Shown in pieces: positions 38,712-51,189 of a stretch of 53,665 bases of DNA. Where the stretch lies: the NCBI RefSeq assembly GCF_001194135.2, contig NC_068982.1, positions 19,537,941 to 19,591,605 of the forward strand, read 5' to 3'. Positions within the stretch are counted from its first letter, which is position 1; each line of letters begins with the position of its first letter. The DNA comes from Octopus bimaculoides. Taxonomy: Eukaryota. The notes under the pieces are model-generated. The model had not been told where the DNA came from, did no database searches, and was given only the letters and a program-made list of their open reading frames with translations. The position numbers and the translations under genes are program-made.

Positions 38712-39378
38712 AAGATGACAGAAGGACTGATTGATGCTGCTCAAGAGCAAGCTATATGAACTAACTTAAGTGTAGCATTGGTAAAACAACAGTATCACCC
38801 TTACCATGACTATGTGAACAATCATCTGAGACAGTAACACATATAATTTGTGAATGCTCAAAATTGGCCTAAAAGTGTAAAAGAAAATGTCAGGACAATG
38901 TAGTACTGTGAATACACTGGGTTTATGCAGAATGTATGGGCTACAATGTTCCAAAAAGTGGTATGAACATGAATCTTTGCCTGTAGCAAAGAATGATTAG
39001 GTGAAAGTCACAGACATATGACCGACTAGATATAAATTTCGTACTGAAGCAGTCCAATGAATATTGTGAAAGCAGAGGGCAAGAAAGTTAGGAAGTACCA
39101 ACACCTAGTATTGAAATAGAAAAGAATACGTAGAGATTCAAAAGTGAGTGTGTTACTTATTGCGATCGGAGCACTTGGGACCATCTCAAAGAGAGCCATA
39201 TTCTCTCATCAAAACCTCCAAATACCAAACTTCATAAGCAGTATTCAGTTGGCAACAATATTTGGAATAGCTCATGTGTTGAGAAGTGTTGCCTCTCTAA
39301 GCTGTGGGACGGAGCTGAGACGTGATATCGGTAAATCAGAAGTTACGTAACGAAAACCGATGATGATGATGATGATGG
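38712..39378 (+). mobile_element. Decayed R4/Dong-type LINE 3' part with a (GAT)n tail
   Basis: Fragments TEGLIDAAQEQAI, ETVTHIICECSKLA, KWYEH and IAIGALGTI. Confidence 0.8.
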
Positions 39379-40164
39379 GGAGGAGGAGGAGGAGAAGGTT
39401 ATAATTCCCTGGTGATTATATTTTGTAGTAAATATATAATAACAACACATAATCTCTAACCATATTGTATCTACCCACCATGTTGCTCTCGAGTTATAAC
39501 ACGTGCTTAACATTTGATCTTTTAAGTGATTGAATGAAATTAAAGATTCCATGTATGATAGAGTGGGTGGAAAGATAAGCATTTGTTGAGAACAAGAAAT
39601 AGAAAAAAATAATGAAATAGAGAAAAACAACCAATCAAAATCTTTGCTAAGAATGAAATTATTTCCAATTTTACTAAAGCCTTTATATCTTTCTTTTGTT
39701 TTCCGGTGAAAGAGTGGGCATTTTCAAACATAAATGCTGACAAAAATGCTCATTAAACATACGATAAAGTTAAGGCGCAATTATTGATTTCTTACTTTAG
39801 CTTCGAGATAGGAATTTATAGAGTAAATGTTTTAGATTCATTTCTTTGTATTCATTCTTATTTCCTATTGGCTTCAGCGAAATACGTTCAGATTTAATTT
39901 ACATCTGCGTATGAGTGGCTGTGTGATAAGAAGCTTGCTTCCGTGCATGCGTGCGTTGGTCAGTGTTTTTCATTGCACTCCTAGGATTAACGATGCTGTA
40001 CACCAACGTCCAGAATTATTGGACAAGTGAAGCACAACTACAAGGTAAAATACTTGCTTTTTTTGGTGGGGGATTCAGGGGTGGGGGCTTGTTGCTCGTG
40101 TTTATTTATTTTGTCGAACCAGAAATCTCCAATGAGTTCCGGGCATTTGTCTGCCTGTAGTTGT

Positions 40165-41235
40165 GCTTAGAGTCTCATTTAGTGGTGAGAAATGTATTTT
40201 GGGAGCGTATCTCTCCTCCAATAATTGCGAACATGATGAAACAGAAGGTGGGCGGCGACTTGAAGTTGTCGCCGACTAAAAGAATAATGGAGAACATGGA
40301 AAAAGAAACCATCAACTACAAGGTACACTCTTTAGAGAATAAGAAGTTTGAACAGGTGGTGGCGGCAAAAAAAGAAAAGGCACTGACGGAAAATCGAGCC
40401 AAATTGTGTATATAACAGGAGGAAGTAAATACGGCACGGTGGTTGTCCAGTTTAGGAGTGAGGAAGAGGCGAAGAGGCTGGTGAGTGTAGCGACGAAGAC
40501 GGAAGAAGTGGTGCTTCTGCTCAGGTATCTTGGAAGAAAGACTTTCAAGGTGAGGGTGGAAGGAATCCCACTCGATATATAAGTGGCTTGGTTTGCGGCA
40601 GCCGTCCTCGTTGGAAGTGAGGAGGAGGTGACTGTCCTCCGAGCCACAGAAACGAAGGAAGGAGGATGGAGCGGAAAAAATGGAACTCCTTATACAGGCA
40701 GAAGAGAGGTAATTAGAGAGTTTGGCGGAGACAGTGACGTTGGGAGATATGTGTTGAGAATGTGAATGCAGGGCAGAGTCCTACGATTATAGCACACTGC
40801 TCTCCGCAGAGGAAAATGACAGAAGAAGCGGTTGTGGAGACAGAGGAGAAAATGGAAGAAGAACAGACAGAGGGAAGGAGCAAGGAGGAAGAGTGGATAG
40901 TGACAGAGAGTAAAAGGAAGAAGAGAAAGAAAAGCGAGCATGATGTGGTACCCCAGACCAACTCTATCCCACCCAAGACCACTCGGACCCACCCTCCCCA
41001 TACAGACAACAAACCACCCACCCCCTTTCCCCACAGGAAAAAAGAGGAAGAATGAATAGGCACTACAAAATTTACAAGAGCCCTCCCCCGGTGAAAAAGG
41101 TTACGTCTATATTGAGGCGGGAGTGCTGTCACTCAGCGTTGGGGAAAGCGAAAAAAGAGGGACTGGACTAGAAGCTAAAGAGGACTTAGGACTCAGAGAT
41201 AGTGAGTGGTGTTACTCAGTGTGGTGTGTGTAACA
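40165..41235 (+). mobile_element. Decayed LINE ORF1-like (RRM-type, L1/Tx1-like) sequence without adjacent ORF2
   Basis: Purine-rich. Fragments VYITGGSKYGTVVVQFRSEEEAKRLV and LGRKTFKVRVEGIPLDI, plus a basic KRKKRKK tract; stops and frameshifts. Confidence 0.5.
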
Positions 41236-41574
41236 CACTTTACATATTCTCATTTTCAAGATATCATTCATAGTATCATGTTTTATTTTTAATATATTTT
41301 TAATCGTTATTTGTCTCCACGTGTTTTGTAATATCCGCTCTATATTATGCCTTTATGGCAAAATCTTGAACTAAAGAAGCTTGCTTCCCAATCACATGAT
41401 TCTGGTTTCAGTTCCACTGCATGACACTTTGGGCATCCGTTTAATAGTAGTTCTAGCCTGTCCGACTAGCCAGGATGTTCGCATCATACGAAAGCTAAAA
41501 CAATGCAAGGAGGCGTATTGTGATTAGCAGTGTGTAACAGCGTCTGATATACTGATCGATACAGTTATATATAT

Positions 41575-41981
41575 NNNNNNNNNNNNNNNNNNNNNNNNNN
41601 NNNNNNNNNNNNNNNNNNNNNNNNNNNNNNNNNNNNNNNNNNNNNNNNNNNNNNNNNNNNNNNNNNNNNNNNNNNNNNNNNNNNNNNNNNNNNNNNNNNN
41701 NNNNNNNNNNNNNNNNNNNNNNNNNNNNNNNNNNNNNNNNNNNNNNNNNNNNNNNNNNNNNNNNNNNNNNNNNNNNNNNNNNNNNNNNNNNNNNNNNNNN
41801 NNNNNNNNNNNNNNNNNNNNNNNNNNNNNNNNNNNNNNNNNNNNNNNNNNNNNNNNNNNNNNNNNNNNNNNNNNNNNNNNNNNNNNNNNNNNNNNNNNNN
41901 NNNNNNNNNNNNNNNNNNNNNNNNNNNNNNNNNNNNNNNNNNNNNNNNNNNNNNNNNNNNNNNNNNNNNNNNNNNNNNNNN
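41575..41981. other. Assembly gap
   Basis: N run. Confidence 1.
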
Positions 41982-42689
41982 ATATATATATATGCGCGCG
42001 CGTGTGTATGTGCGTGCATGCGTGCGTGTCTAAAATAAAAATAATCCATTAGACGCTCGTATTAGTCGAGTATCAGTGTGTAGCAACGGGATAACGCATC
42101 TCTAAACTTTCATAATAATTTATTTTTTTCTATTGAATACTTTGCGAATATCGCTTTATTTGAAGAGATTTTTTTTTCTTGAAAAAAAAAAAAGGTTATT
42201 TACAACATTCAATATCCTCCAAAGTGCGTTGCAAATGAAATCGAATGTCTGTGTATATTAATTCTTTTATTTTTTATTTTTTTAAAGTTTTTATTTTTAT
42301 TTTTCATGCGAATAGAATTTTCTTCGTTTTGTAGAAATACCGATAATTTTTAAAATTTATTTTTGATGTCCATCGATTTTATTACAAAGCACTACCATAT
42401 TTCGTGACATCTTCCATTACTTTGATTTTTGAACGTCAATCTAATATTTAGATTGTCAGCGCAAATCACAGCTAGTCTTATAGCTGTCTCACCATGCATA
42501 TGATTTCCGATCACATATGAAAAGCGAAACGTGGTAAAATGTAGCTATAGTGAGTGCTCGGTAACAGTCTAATAAATTTAGAGTCAAATGTGCGTATTGG
42601 TTTTACATAATCACTTTTTATAGAATAACAAATATAAGCCAGGTACACCGTGTAGTTTGGGTCATATGAGTTTTTGAAAATACAGCAGT

Positions 42690-42900
42690 ACTTCAAAGGA
42701 ACGTGTGTAGCCTTGGATCGTCGCAATGACCATGACAGAGAAAGTTGTCATGGCGATACCTGCTCAGAGGCCTACGCAAAAAAGTTGTAGAAAGTGTATG
42801 GAGAGGCATCTATGAACCGCACACAAGTGTACGAGTGGTCCAGATATTTTCAAGATGGACGAAAAATGTCGATATTGACGAACGCTGAGGGAGACCGTCA
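42690..42900 (+). mobile_element. Second mariner family, 5' part (HTH region) before the LINE insertion
   Basis: KVYGEASMNRTQVYEWSRYFQDGR...DER*GRPS. Confidence 0.8.
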
Positions 42901-43929
42901 GAGTATCCGAGAAAGCTCTTCAAAGGTACGAACAAGGAGGAAATGGAATGTGGAAGAGGCAGTAAACAGGGCGATCGGAAAGCTAAGGCATGCTGAAATA
43001 GTCGGAGCCACGCAAGAACCAAAAGCTGGTCTAGGGTTTTACAATTTCAGGCCATTTTGCAAGAGCAGTGTAAAAGAGATGAAAGAGGCGTTGGTACACG
43101 AAGTGAGAAAGGAGGAAGAAGAAAGGCGAAATGTACATATGGTACAATGTAGTCAACAGGGACAGTGCCTGAGATGGGAGGAATATGTAGTCAGTTGCAG
43201 GAACTCATGGAAAGAACTTTGGGCTTGAGAACAAGCAAGGATATCCTTCCTGATCAAATCTATCTTCGACGTTTTACGCTCACCAGCAAATTTAGTCCGG
43301 TGGAACATACAAACAACTGATGAATGTAGATACGGAGAGAAAGCGTCGTTGAGACATGTTCTGTCAAACTGCAGGCTAGCACTAGACAGATATACATGGC
43401 GTCACAATCAAGTCCTCGGCGTCATAGGCGCAGCACTCAATGGGAAGATCGAGGGATATAATAGGGGAGAGTACCCGAAAGTGAAAAAGCGCAGAAAAAT
43501 ATACTTCCAGGAGGGAAAAGGACATAAGGCCAGGCCTCCAAATAAAATATACGAAACAGGCGAAAAATAGAAGGGGTGCTGGGAGCTGGCCACGGATTTG
43601 GAAAGACTGTTAATATTTCCACTCATAAAAACGACAAAAAGACCAGAATTAATCATATGGGACGGAGAATTAGAATTTTGCTACAGCTGACAGTTCCATG
43701 GAAAGAGAACATCGCTAATGCAGAGCAACGGACGGAGAAGAGGTACGAAAAATTAATCGAAGAGTGCAGACAACAGGGAGGGAATGTCGAGTATTACCAC
43801 CTGTCAGTGGGGCCTAGAGTCTTCATTGAAATGAAAATGACAACGCTATTCGAAAGAAGGTTTGCACTTTCGAGCTCAGAGCTGGGAAAAGTAATAAGGC
43901 GGATACAGGAGGCAGTCGAAAAAGCCAGC

Positions 43930-43960
<31 letters not shown>

Positions 43961-44562
43961 CGGCTGAAGCAAGAAGACCAAAAATGGCTTGAAAGCTATA
44001 ATATGCCGGCTGGAAAATAGCATCGCTAGGTGAAACTGGCTGACACTTAAGCATCATCGCTAATTGACAGGTAGCGGTCTCGTTCATGGCGCCCCTTCCT
44101 CCTAATTCGAAGACTTGTACCACCAAACAAGCTGGTCGGCTCTGGCTGCTGGAACTGAAACTAATACGACGCTGTAGGAAGGCAGGTTTAGAGAGGGTGC
44201 GGGCTAAGATTACGCGCCCTTCTCCTCCATTGGTCAGTTGAAGTTTAGACAGTGTCACCTGAGAACTAGCTGGTGCTGGCTGCTGAAGACTACCAGCGAG
44301 TATTTAAAGGGAATTTGGCAAGATGGTCAGTCGCCCGCTGCCACTCGTTGATGCTGCATCGAAGAAGCCAGGGAACAGAAGAAAGATGGAGAAATGCACT
44401 CAACACCAGAGCTGAAGACACCTCCGAAAGCGGGGACCCCACCACGTCGAGAAGGGTAGAGGGGTAAGGGCCGAAATCGGACGTGGTTCCTCCTGATGAT
44501 GTTTTTAGCCACAGGATCCTATAAAGTAGCTGTTGTGGTAGCAGACCACGAAACGCGGTTGG
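42901..44562 (+). mobile_element. 5'-truncated HERO-like (R2 superfamily, RLE) non-LTR retrotransposon with 3' UTR
   Basis: RRKWNVEEAV...LRHAEIVGATQ..KAGLG; SFLIKSIFDVLRSPANL; RHVLSNCRLALDRYTWRHNQVL; RPELIIW; LTVPWKE; EAVEKAS. Confidence 0.85.
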
Positions 44563-44960
44563 AATTCCAGAACTTAGAAAAACGTTGCAGATGTGCGTGC
44601 AATTTTCAGAGTAATTCGTCGAATCACCATCCATGAGTTATCAGAAGATGTGCAAATTTCTTACGGTAAAGTTCAATCCATTATCACTGGAGATTTGGGT
44701 ACGAGACGCATGTCTATCAAGTTTGTGACAAAACTGCTTTCAGCTGACCAATATCTCACTCAGGTTTCAGTTGCAGAAGATCTCATTGACTGCGTCGAGA
44801 ACGATGAAAACTTTTGAACAATTTGCGTAGGCCTCTGAGCAGGTATCGCCAAGATTTTGGCAAAATTCGATACCGATTCTCTGCTCAACTTCCATTCTTA
44901 TGTTCAATGCGGCGATCACATGCTACACACGTTCCTTCCAAGCACTGCTATAAACAGCGG
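44563..44960 (+). mobile_element. Second mariner family, continuation after the LINE, followed by an inverted copy of its own 5' region
   Basis: NVADVRAIFRVIRRITIHELSEDVQISYGKVQSII...FVTKLL. 44822-44851 is an exact reverse complement of 42751-42780. Confidence 0.8.
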
Positions 44961-45134
44961 AAGTGAGCGAGAACGCTTAACCTTACTGCACATACAAAAC
45001 TGAGTTAAAGGTCAATCTGGGTCAAGCCGCTTCACTCTGAATGCTTTAGCTTCGTTACTGGGGCAACAATCCCGATACTTATATATTTATACACACACAC
45101 ACACCTATATATATCTCCTCTCATCCTTAACGTC

Positions 45135-45639
45135 TATCGCTATAACACGTCCCCTATACTTTCTATCACTCTAAATTATAAAACACACAGACACACCATA
45201 TATATATATATATATATATATANNNNNNNNNNNNNNNNNNNNNNNNNNNNNNNNNNNNNNNNNNNNNNNNNNNNNNNNNNNNNNNNNNNNNNNNNNNNNN
45301 NNNNNNNNNNNNNNNNNNNNNNNNNNNNNNNNNNNNNNNNNNNNNNNNNNNNNNNNNNNNNNNNNNNNNNNNNNNNNNNNNNNNNNNNNNNNNNNNNNNN
45401 NNNNNNNNNNNNNNNNNNNNNNNNNNNNNNNNNNNNNNNNNNNNNNNNNNNNNNNNNNNNNNNNNNNNNNNNNNNNNNNNNNNNNNNNNNNNNNNNNNNN
45501 NNNNNNNNNNNNNNNNNNNNNNNNNNNNNNNNNNNNNTATATATATATATATATGTTTGTATGTTTGTTTGTATGTATGTGTGTATGGATGTATGGATGT
45601 ATGTGTGTGAGTGTAAAACACACACACACACACACACAC

Positions 45640-45677
<38 letters not shown>

Positions 45678-45736
45678 TGTGTCAGTGTTTTATAATTTAG
45701 AGTAATAGAGAGTATAGAGGACGGGTTATAGCGATA
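45135..45736. repeat. Tail-to-tail inverted pair (about 60 bp) around microsatellites and a gap (N run 45223-45537)
   Basis: tatcgctataacacgtcccctatactttctatcactctaaattataaaacac vs the reverse complement of 45675-45736. Confidence 0.75.
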
Positions 45737-46607
45737 AAAATTCAGGATGAGAGGTTGAAGAAGGAGGGAGAGTGGTGGGACAGCGGACGAAGTGTAGTTT
45801 ATAATAATGTGCCAACGTCTTCCACAATCATAAACAGTGTACAATTAAGAGTCCAAGAAAATGTTCTAAGGTAGTCAGTTGCCAAGGAAACTCATTAATC
45901 ATACCAGACCGAAAAGGAATAAGAGTAAAGTGATACTGTCGGTATGAAAATAAGCATTCTAAAGTGTATTTATCACATCATATATAAATCATTTGAAAAG
46001 GGGGAGGAGGAAGGTGTTACCGCCAACTTCTAGCAGAGGTGCAAGATGGCGAAAATAGCCATTGGGTGTATTCAAAGTGTGGTGAAAGATGAAGCTTAGA
46101 GAAAAATTAGTGTTAAGGACGAAGAGTAATAATGGTGAAGGAACAGAGAGGTGAACAAGAAGGCTTAACTTATTCGGGTGGAGCAGAATGATTTATTACA
46201 ATATGTAGAACTTTTGTAATAAGGACCCAAACAGGAAAGACTTAGACCAGAGAACCGATTAAGGAGGAAACCTTCATTTTCGCTTAATATTTCGAGTGAT
46301 ACGTGGCAGAATAAACTACATGGTAGATGAAAGCCCTTATGCGGTACTCTAGAATTGATTGTATAGTAGGAAAATATTCTAAGGAATATCTCATTGTTGA
46401 ACTGGTGGATACTGGTGACCAGATAGCTAGTTCGTTTATGATTAATATTCGAGAGAGTGCTCATATGTGCAAAGATTTAGTGCTTAACTTCGATCTTTGG
46501 TCCAATGTAAATTAAGGTGTGGGCATGTTTCGCGATAACTATTCCTCCATACACAGAATTATAATGTAGACAGTTAGTAGATACTCTTCAGTTGCTCTTC
46601 TCCTTAC

Positions 46608-46889
46608 CTCAGGTTTCGCGTAACGCACTATTACAAGTGTGTGGCTACATAAACACCAGAAGTCTTCTGTGCATCCTCCTTTGTACAAATCGTAAGATAA
46701 ATGTACGCAGCAATCACCATTATGCTGGTGGAACGGACCACTCCTTGTTGCACGAAAACGCCAATACTCACCTGTAAGGAAGATTTCCTGCCATGTGTCC
46801 TTATGGGAAAAAAGTTTCATTAGGGTACAGTAAAATAATGGCGAATGCGATGCACATTCACAGGAATTATGACCCATCGAGTGTAAGAT
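46608..46889 (-). other. Candidate exon(s): acceptor at 46890, shared AG|GT site at 46772/46771, donor at 46607
   Basis: accttttccag|ATC..., atcttccttacag|gtgagt and GAG|gtaagg. One frame is open throughout, but the peptide is not recognisable. Confidence 0.3.
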
Positions 46890-48285
46890 CTGGAAAAGGT
46901 TTAACACAACAGACTTTTGCTATTCAATGAAGGACAGCGAATCAAAGCTTTTATTGTCGATCTTATGACTGATACTATCGATGGTTATGACCATATTAAA
47001 CATACACACATGTGTGCAGCGCGTATATATGCATATATTGCAAGCATCTCTGTAAATACACGCGCGTGTATTTGCAGATGACATCTTGTCATTAAAGACT
47101 GATATGTAATTCTAGAACATTCATTCCAAATATAAAACAAAATATCAGAAGTTATGTTATTAATTAAATGATTAGTTGACACCATACTTTATATAGATAG
47201 CTTTAAAATATGATTTCGTTTCCATTGTTTCAAGATGCATTTATGCAAATATAGATTAGATGTAATTACATAATAATAGAAATTAATAAATATCGAATAA
47301 ATTATTTAAGAAAGGCAGAAAATGAAACAAGAAAGAAAAAAAATTAGAAAATTGCAGCAATTTAATTTCAAAACCATTGCAGTAGTTGGGTTTGTTCTAA
47401 CTATTCTTTTCTGAAAATCAAGAATTACATTGTAGACAATAAGAAGTAAAAAAAAAAAAGAAAAGAAACATACTGATAAATAAATAGAAAAAGAAATGTA
47501 ATGAAAAATATCAATTTAAAAACAGAAAACTATACGGCATAAAAAACAAAATGTAATCCTAGAGAAGAAAAAGAATCTCATCGATTTTGAAGTTGAGAGC
47601 AATACTTGCATACATTCGTAGAAAATGAGATTCTCATGCCTTGTAGATGTATTGATTACAACATTTCAATTAAAGAGAAGAGAATATAATTTTCAAGCTT
47701 AAGTCCCATTAACGTTTCAATGTGTGATTCTGCCGGAATCACATCGTATAATTTGTAAGCTACAATAAAAGATTTAAAGTCGGTTAATCAAAGAATAAAC
47801 CGTTCTCAAAAGCGAAATTAAAGAAAACAACAAGATCAGTATATATAATAAAAAAACACAAAGTAGAGGGAAAAAATTTCAAAATGTCTAAGACTTTGAT
47901 ATATTATACAAAAGAAGATTTTCAACAATAAAGCAGACGTATGGGGGCGGGATAGGACAGGAGAATTCAATTTATATAATCATATATTATATATTAAATT
48001 GGAATTGTTGTACGTCTTAAACGTAAATATACACACTTGCATACATATACATAAACATAAGCACACACACACACACACACACAATCAAGCTCATATATAT
48101 ATTGACACATAAATTTATATATTTCTACACACACATGCATACAGACATACATATACATATGTGTGCGTGTGCATGCATATATGTATATATATATATATCT
48201 GTATATGTACGCGTGTATATATATATGGAAATATATATGTATATAAATATATAAATATATATATGTGTATGTATCTCTCTCTTTC

Positions 48286-48316
<31 letters not shown>

Positions 48317-48322
48317 TATGAT

Positions 48323-48356
<34 letters not shown>

Positions 48357-48465
48357 NNNNNNNNNNNNNNNNNNNNNNNNNNNNNNNNNNNNNNNNNNNN
48401 NNNNNNNNNNNNNNNNNNNNNNNNNNNNNNNNNNNNNNNNNNNNNNNNNNNNNNNNNNNNNNNNN
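48357..48465. other. Assembly gap in a (TA)n region
   Basis: N run. Confidence 1.
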
Positions 48466-49532
48466 ATCTATATATATGGTGCACCACCATGACCGCAGCC
48501 ACTTGGCTGAAACACATAAATAAAAATATATATATATACCTGGATGTATGCATTCAAGCATGTATAATTGAATGTCGGTATGATTTGTGTATGGGTATAA
48601 TATAATAGGGAGATAGATATATTAGGACTAAGTGATGAATGAATTCCTATTTTGCTTTTTGATTTCATTAAATCAAACAAAACAATACAATCTTTGCCAT
48701 TTGTGTTCATTATTTTTATTTTTTTATTTTTCTGTGTGTATGTCTTTAGAGATGCACGAGTTGTAAAGATTACAAAGTAGAGCAATATGAAACAAAAATA
48801 TCATAAAATCTCAAAATACTTCACAAAGTTATAGTAATTATTTTTTGTTTTGTCTCTTTTAGTTAAATCTGAGTACTAATAAACTAAGGGCTGTTCGTCT
48901 GATCTAGGAAGAATAAATACGATCATACTTTTAATCAATTGGTCTAAACAGAAAACAGTGGATTTGTATTACCGTCAGCGAACCGAACGAAATTCATTCC
49001 TTTGTTACCGCGATATCGTTGTAACTCCCATATTGTTATTACCGCCGTTTCTGCTATGAGTTCGAATCGGACCATAGTCAAAATTTTTGTTTCGATAATA
49101 ATAAAAAAAAAATTTTAATTAAAAAAACGCGTTTCAATTAGGTTCTGGACTTGATTTTCTTGATTGTACTCTCTCGAAGAACGTGTGGCATTGTTCCAAT
49201 ATTACAAATCAATATATTTTTCTACTGATTTGGCAGCGGAATCTCTAAATTTCAGGCGTGACATGGTGATCTCGTTTAAACATATCAATCACTACAATTC
49301 TTTTCTTTGTGGGGAATAATGATAGATCGCGTAAGTGATGAATGTACGTGAGTGTTGTAATGCAGGTAGCTTAATGACTGCTTGTTATTGGTGGTGATGT
49401 TTCACCTAAAACCATTCCTTGATTAAAGAAATATATGATCAAAATACTTTCAGCCATTTCTACTCATGCATTAAACACGCACACTCACGCATATGTATAC
49501 ATACAAATAGGCATGCGCACGCAAACACACAG

Positions 49533-49577
<45 letters not shown>

Positions 49578-50047
49578 TATAAATCGCAGGGTAGCCCAAA
49601 AATTTAGAAATTCTTTTTGCTACCAGTGGTCTAGCGAGAAGTAGAAACTAGTCAATAGACTATATATTATTCATATAAATACATAGAGTGTACATTTAAA
49701 CACATAAGAGAGATGTCCATAATGGGACATCTAACCCGCTAGAAGGAGCAATCAAACTCCAAACCACAGTTAGGGATAATTTCGAAAGGGAATGAAAAAT
49801 AAAAACATTTACCATCTATTTGCTGAACCATGGTTTCAAGCTATTTTCAGCAAAATAAAATAATATGCTAGCCAGCTATCATCAGCAGGAAAGCCAAGAT
49901 TGGCATATAAACATGAGGCAATACATAGAACATGCCTCGTACGGCGGTTTTCTTATCGGCAGCAAATACAAAAAATGCCGATTTTCTTCCAGAAATTAGC
50001 CAAATGTACATTGTATGCATATATAATGCATACAGATATATATCTAT

Positions 50048-50143
50048 AATAAGATAAAGAGACCAATGGCATAAGTAAAATTATATTAGAAAGTCTTACA
50101 GCTGTTATAATTTTACTAATGCCATTAGTCTCTTTATCTTATT
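50048..50143. repeat. 96-nt hairpin (38-bp arms, 2 mismatches, 20-nt loop)
   Basis: aataagataaagagaccaatggcataagtaaaattata / tataattttactaatgccattagtctctttatcttatt. Confidence 0.9.
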
Positions 50144-50508
50144 CTTTTTTATATATAAACACGCTAATGCACGACCCATGTTATATTCCCCACTCATGTT
50201 GCAACCACGTCAGGGGCAAAACTAGTCGGTATACAGCACTTACTCCGTATTACCTGTATCTTTAGGGCTTGGTTGACTCCAATACCCTTCGTAACCTTTA
50301 TATATATATATATATATATTGTCTTGGGAGGACTGACGATAATAAATACACGCCCTGGTTCATTATCTCTTCTTTATTGATATTCAATCAGTATATATCT
50401 AACCAACTAACTTGTCGATCATTTGTTTAATGTGTTGGCTAAACAATCAAAGGTTGTTCGTCAAAGCCATTTCATCGCTATGTGTCTTCGTCTTCGTCAT
50501 TAACTTAC

Positions 50509-50539
50509 CTTCCCTCTTCAAGGTCTCCTTTGAGTCAGT
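50509..50539 (-). other. Candidate 31-nt exon
   Basis: aattctcag|ACTGACTCAAAGGAGACCTTGAAGAGGGAAG|gtaagt. The donor is consensus; one open frame (TDSKETLKRE). Confidence 0.25.
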
Positions 50540-51189
50540 CTGAGAATTACACTTATGTTTGTGCATTTGTAAGCATGTATGTCTGAATGTAGATGTGTAG
50601 CTGCATATAAGAGAAGAAGTGGTTGAGTGTAAAAGAAGTAGGTCTGCTTTTGTGTGTGGGGGTGTGAGCATGTGCGTAGAGTTTGCGTGCCTATCGGTAT
50701 GTATTTCTGTGAGTGTGTGTGCACTGGATATCCATAACCTCTTTCAGGGTTCGGCCTTTTGCTCCAAGCTCGGTCTCAGAACTGCACAATTTGCTTGTCG
50801 ACCCGTACAGATTTATGAGTGAAAATCCTTATGCGTGTGCGTGTGTGTATGCGTTTGTGTATGTGTGTGTGCATGTGCGAGTGTGTGTGCTTGTGTGTGT
50901 TTTTGTGTGCGAGCGTGTGTGAGTGCGTGTGTGAGTGTTAGTGGACGGTCTCGCATCCGTGTTAGAGTAACTGAGTCAGTCCTGTACATGTATATGTACG
51001 TATGTGTGTGTGTGTCAATGGATGAGAGCTTACGTGTGTGAGTTACAGTAACGTGTTGGCGTATATGCGCGTGCATGTGCGCACACTAATCTGTGGGCGT
51101 ATATATGCGTGTGCTGTAGCCGGGTTTCTTGTTAGTTGGTGTCTGTATGTATGCATGTGAGCGTTCTTTGCGTGTGTGTGTGTCGTCTG

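Noticed and set aside
42794-43228. 144-aa ORF as a host gene
   Set aside because: It is a mariner/HERO junction product, not an independent gene.
49840-49895. Minus-strand CTGATGA...GAAA
   Set aside because: Stems I and III cannot be formed.
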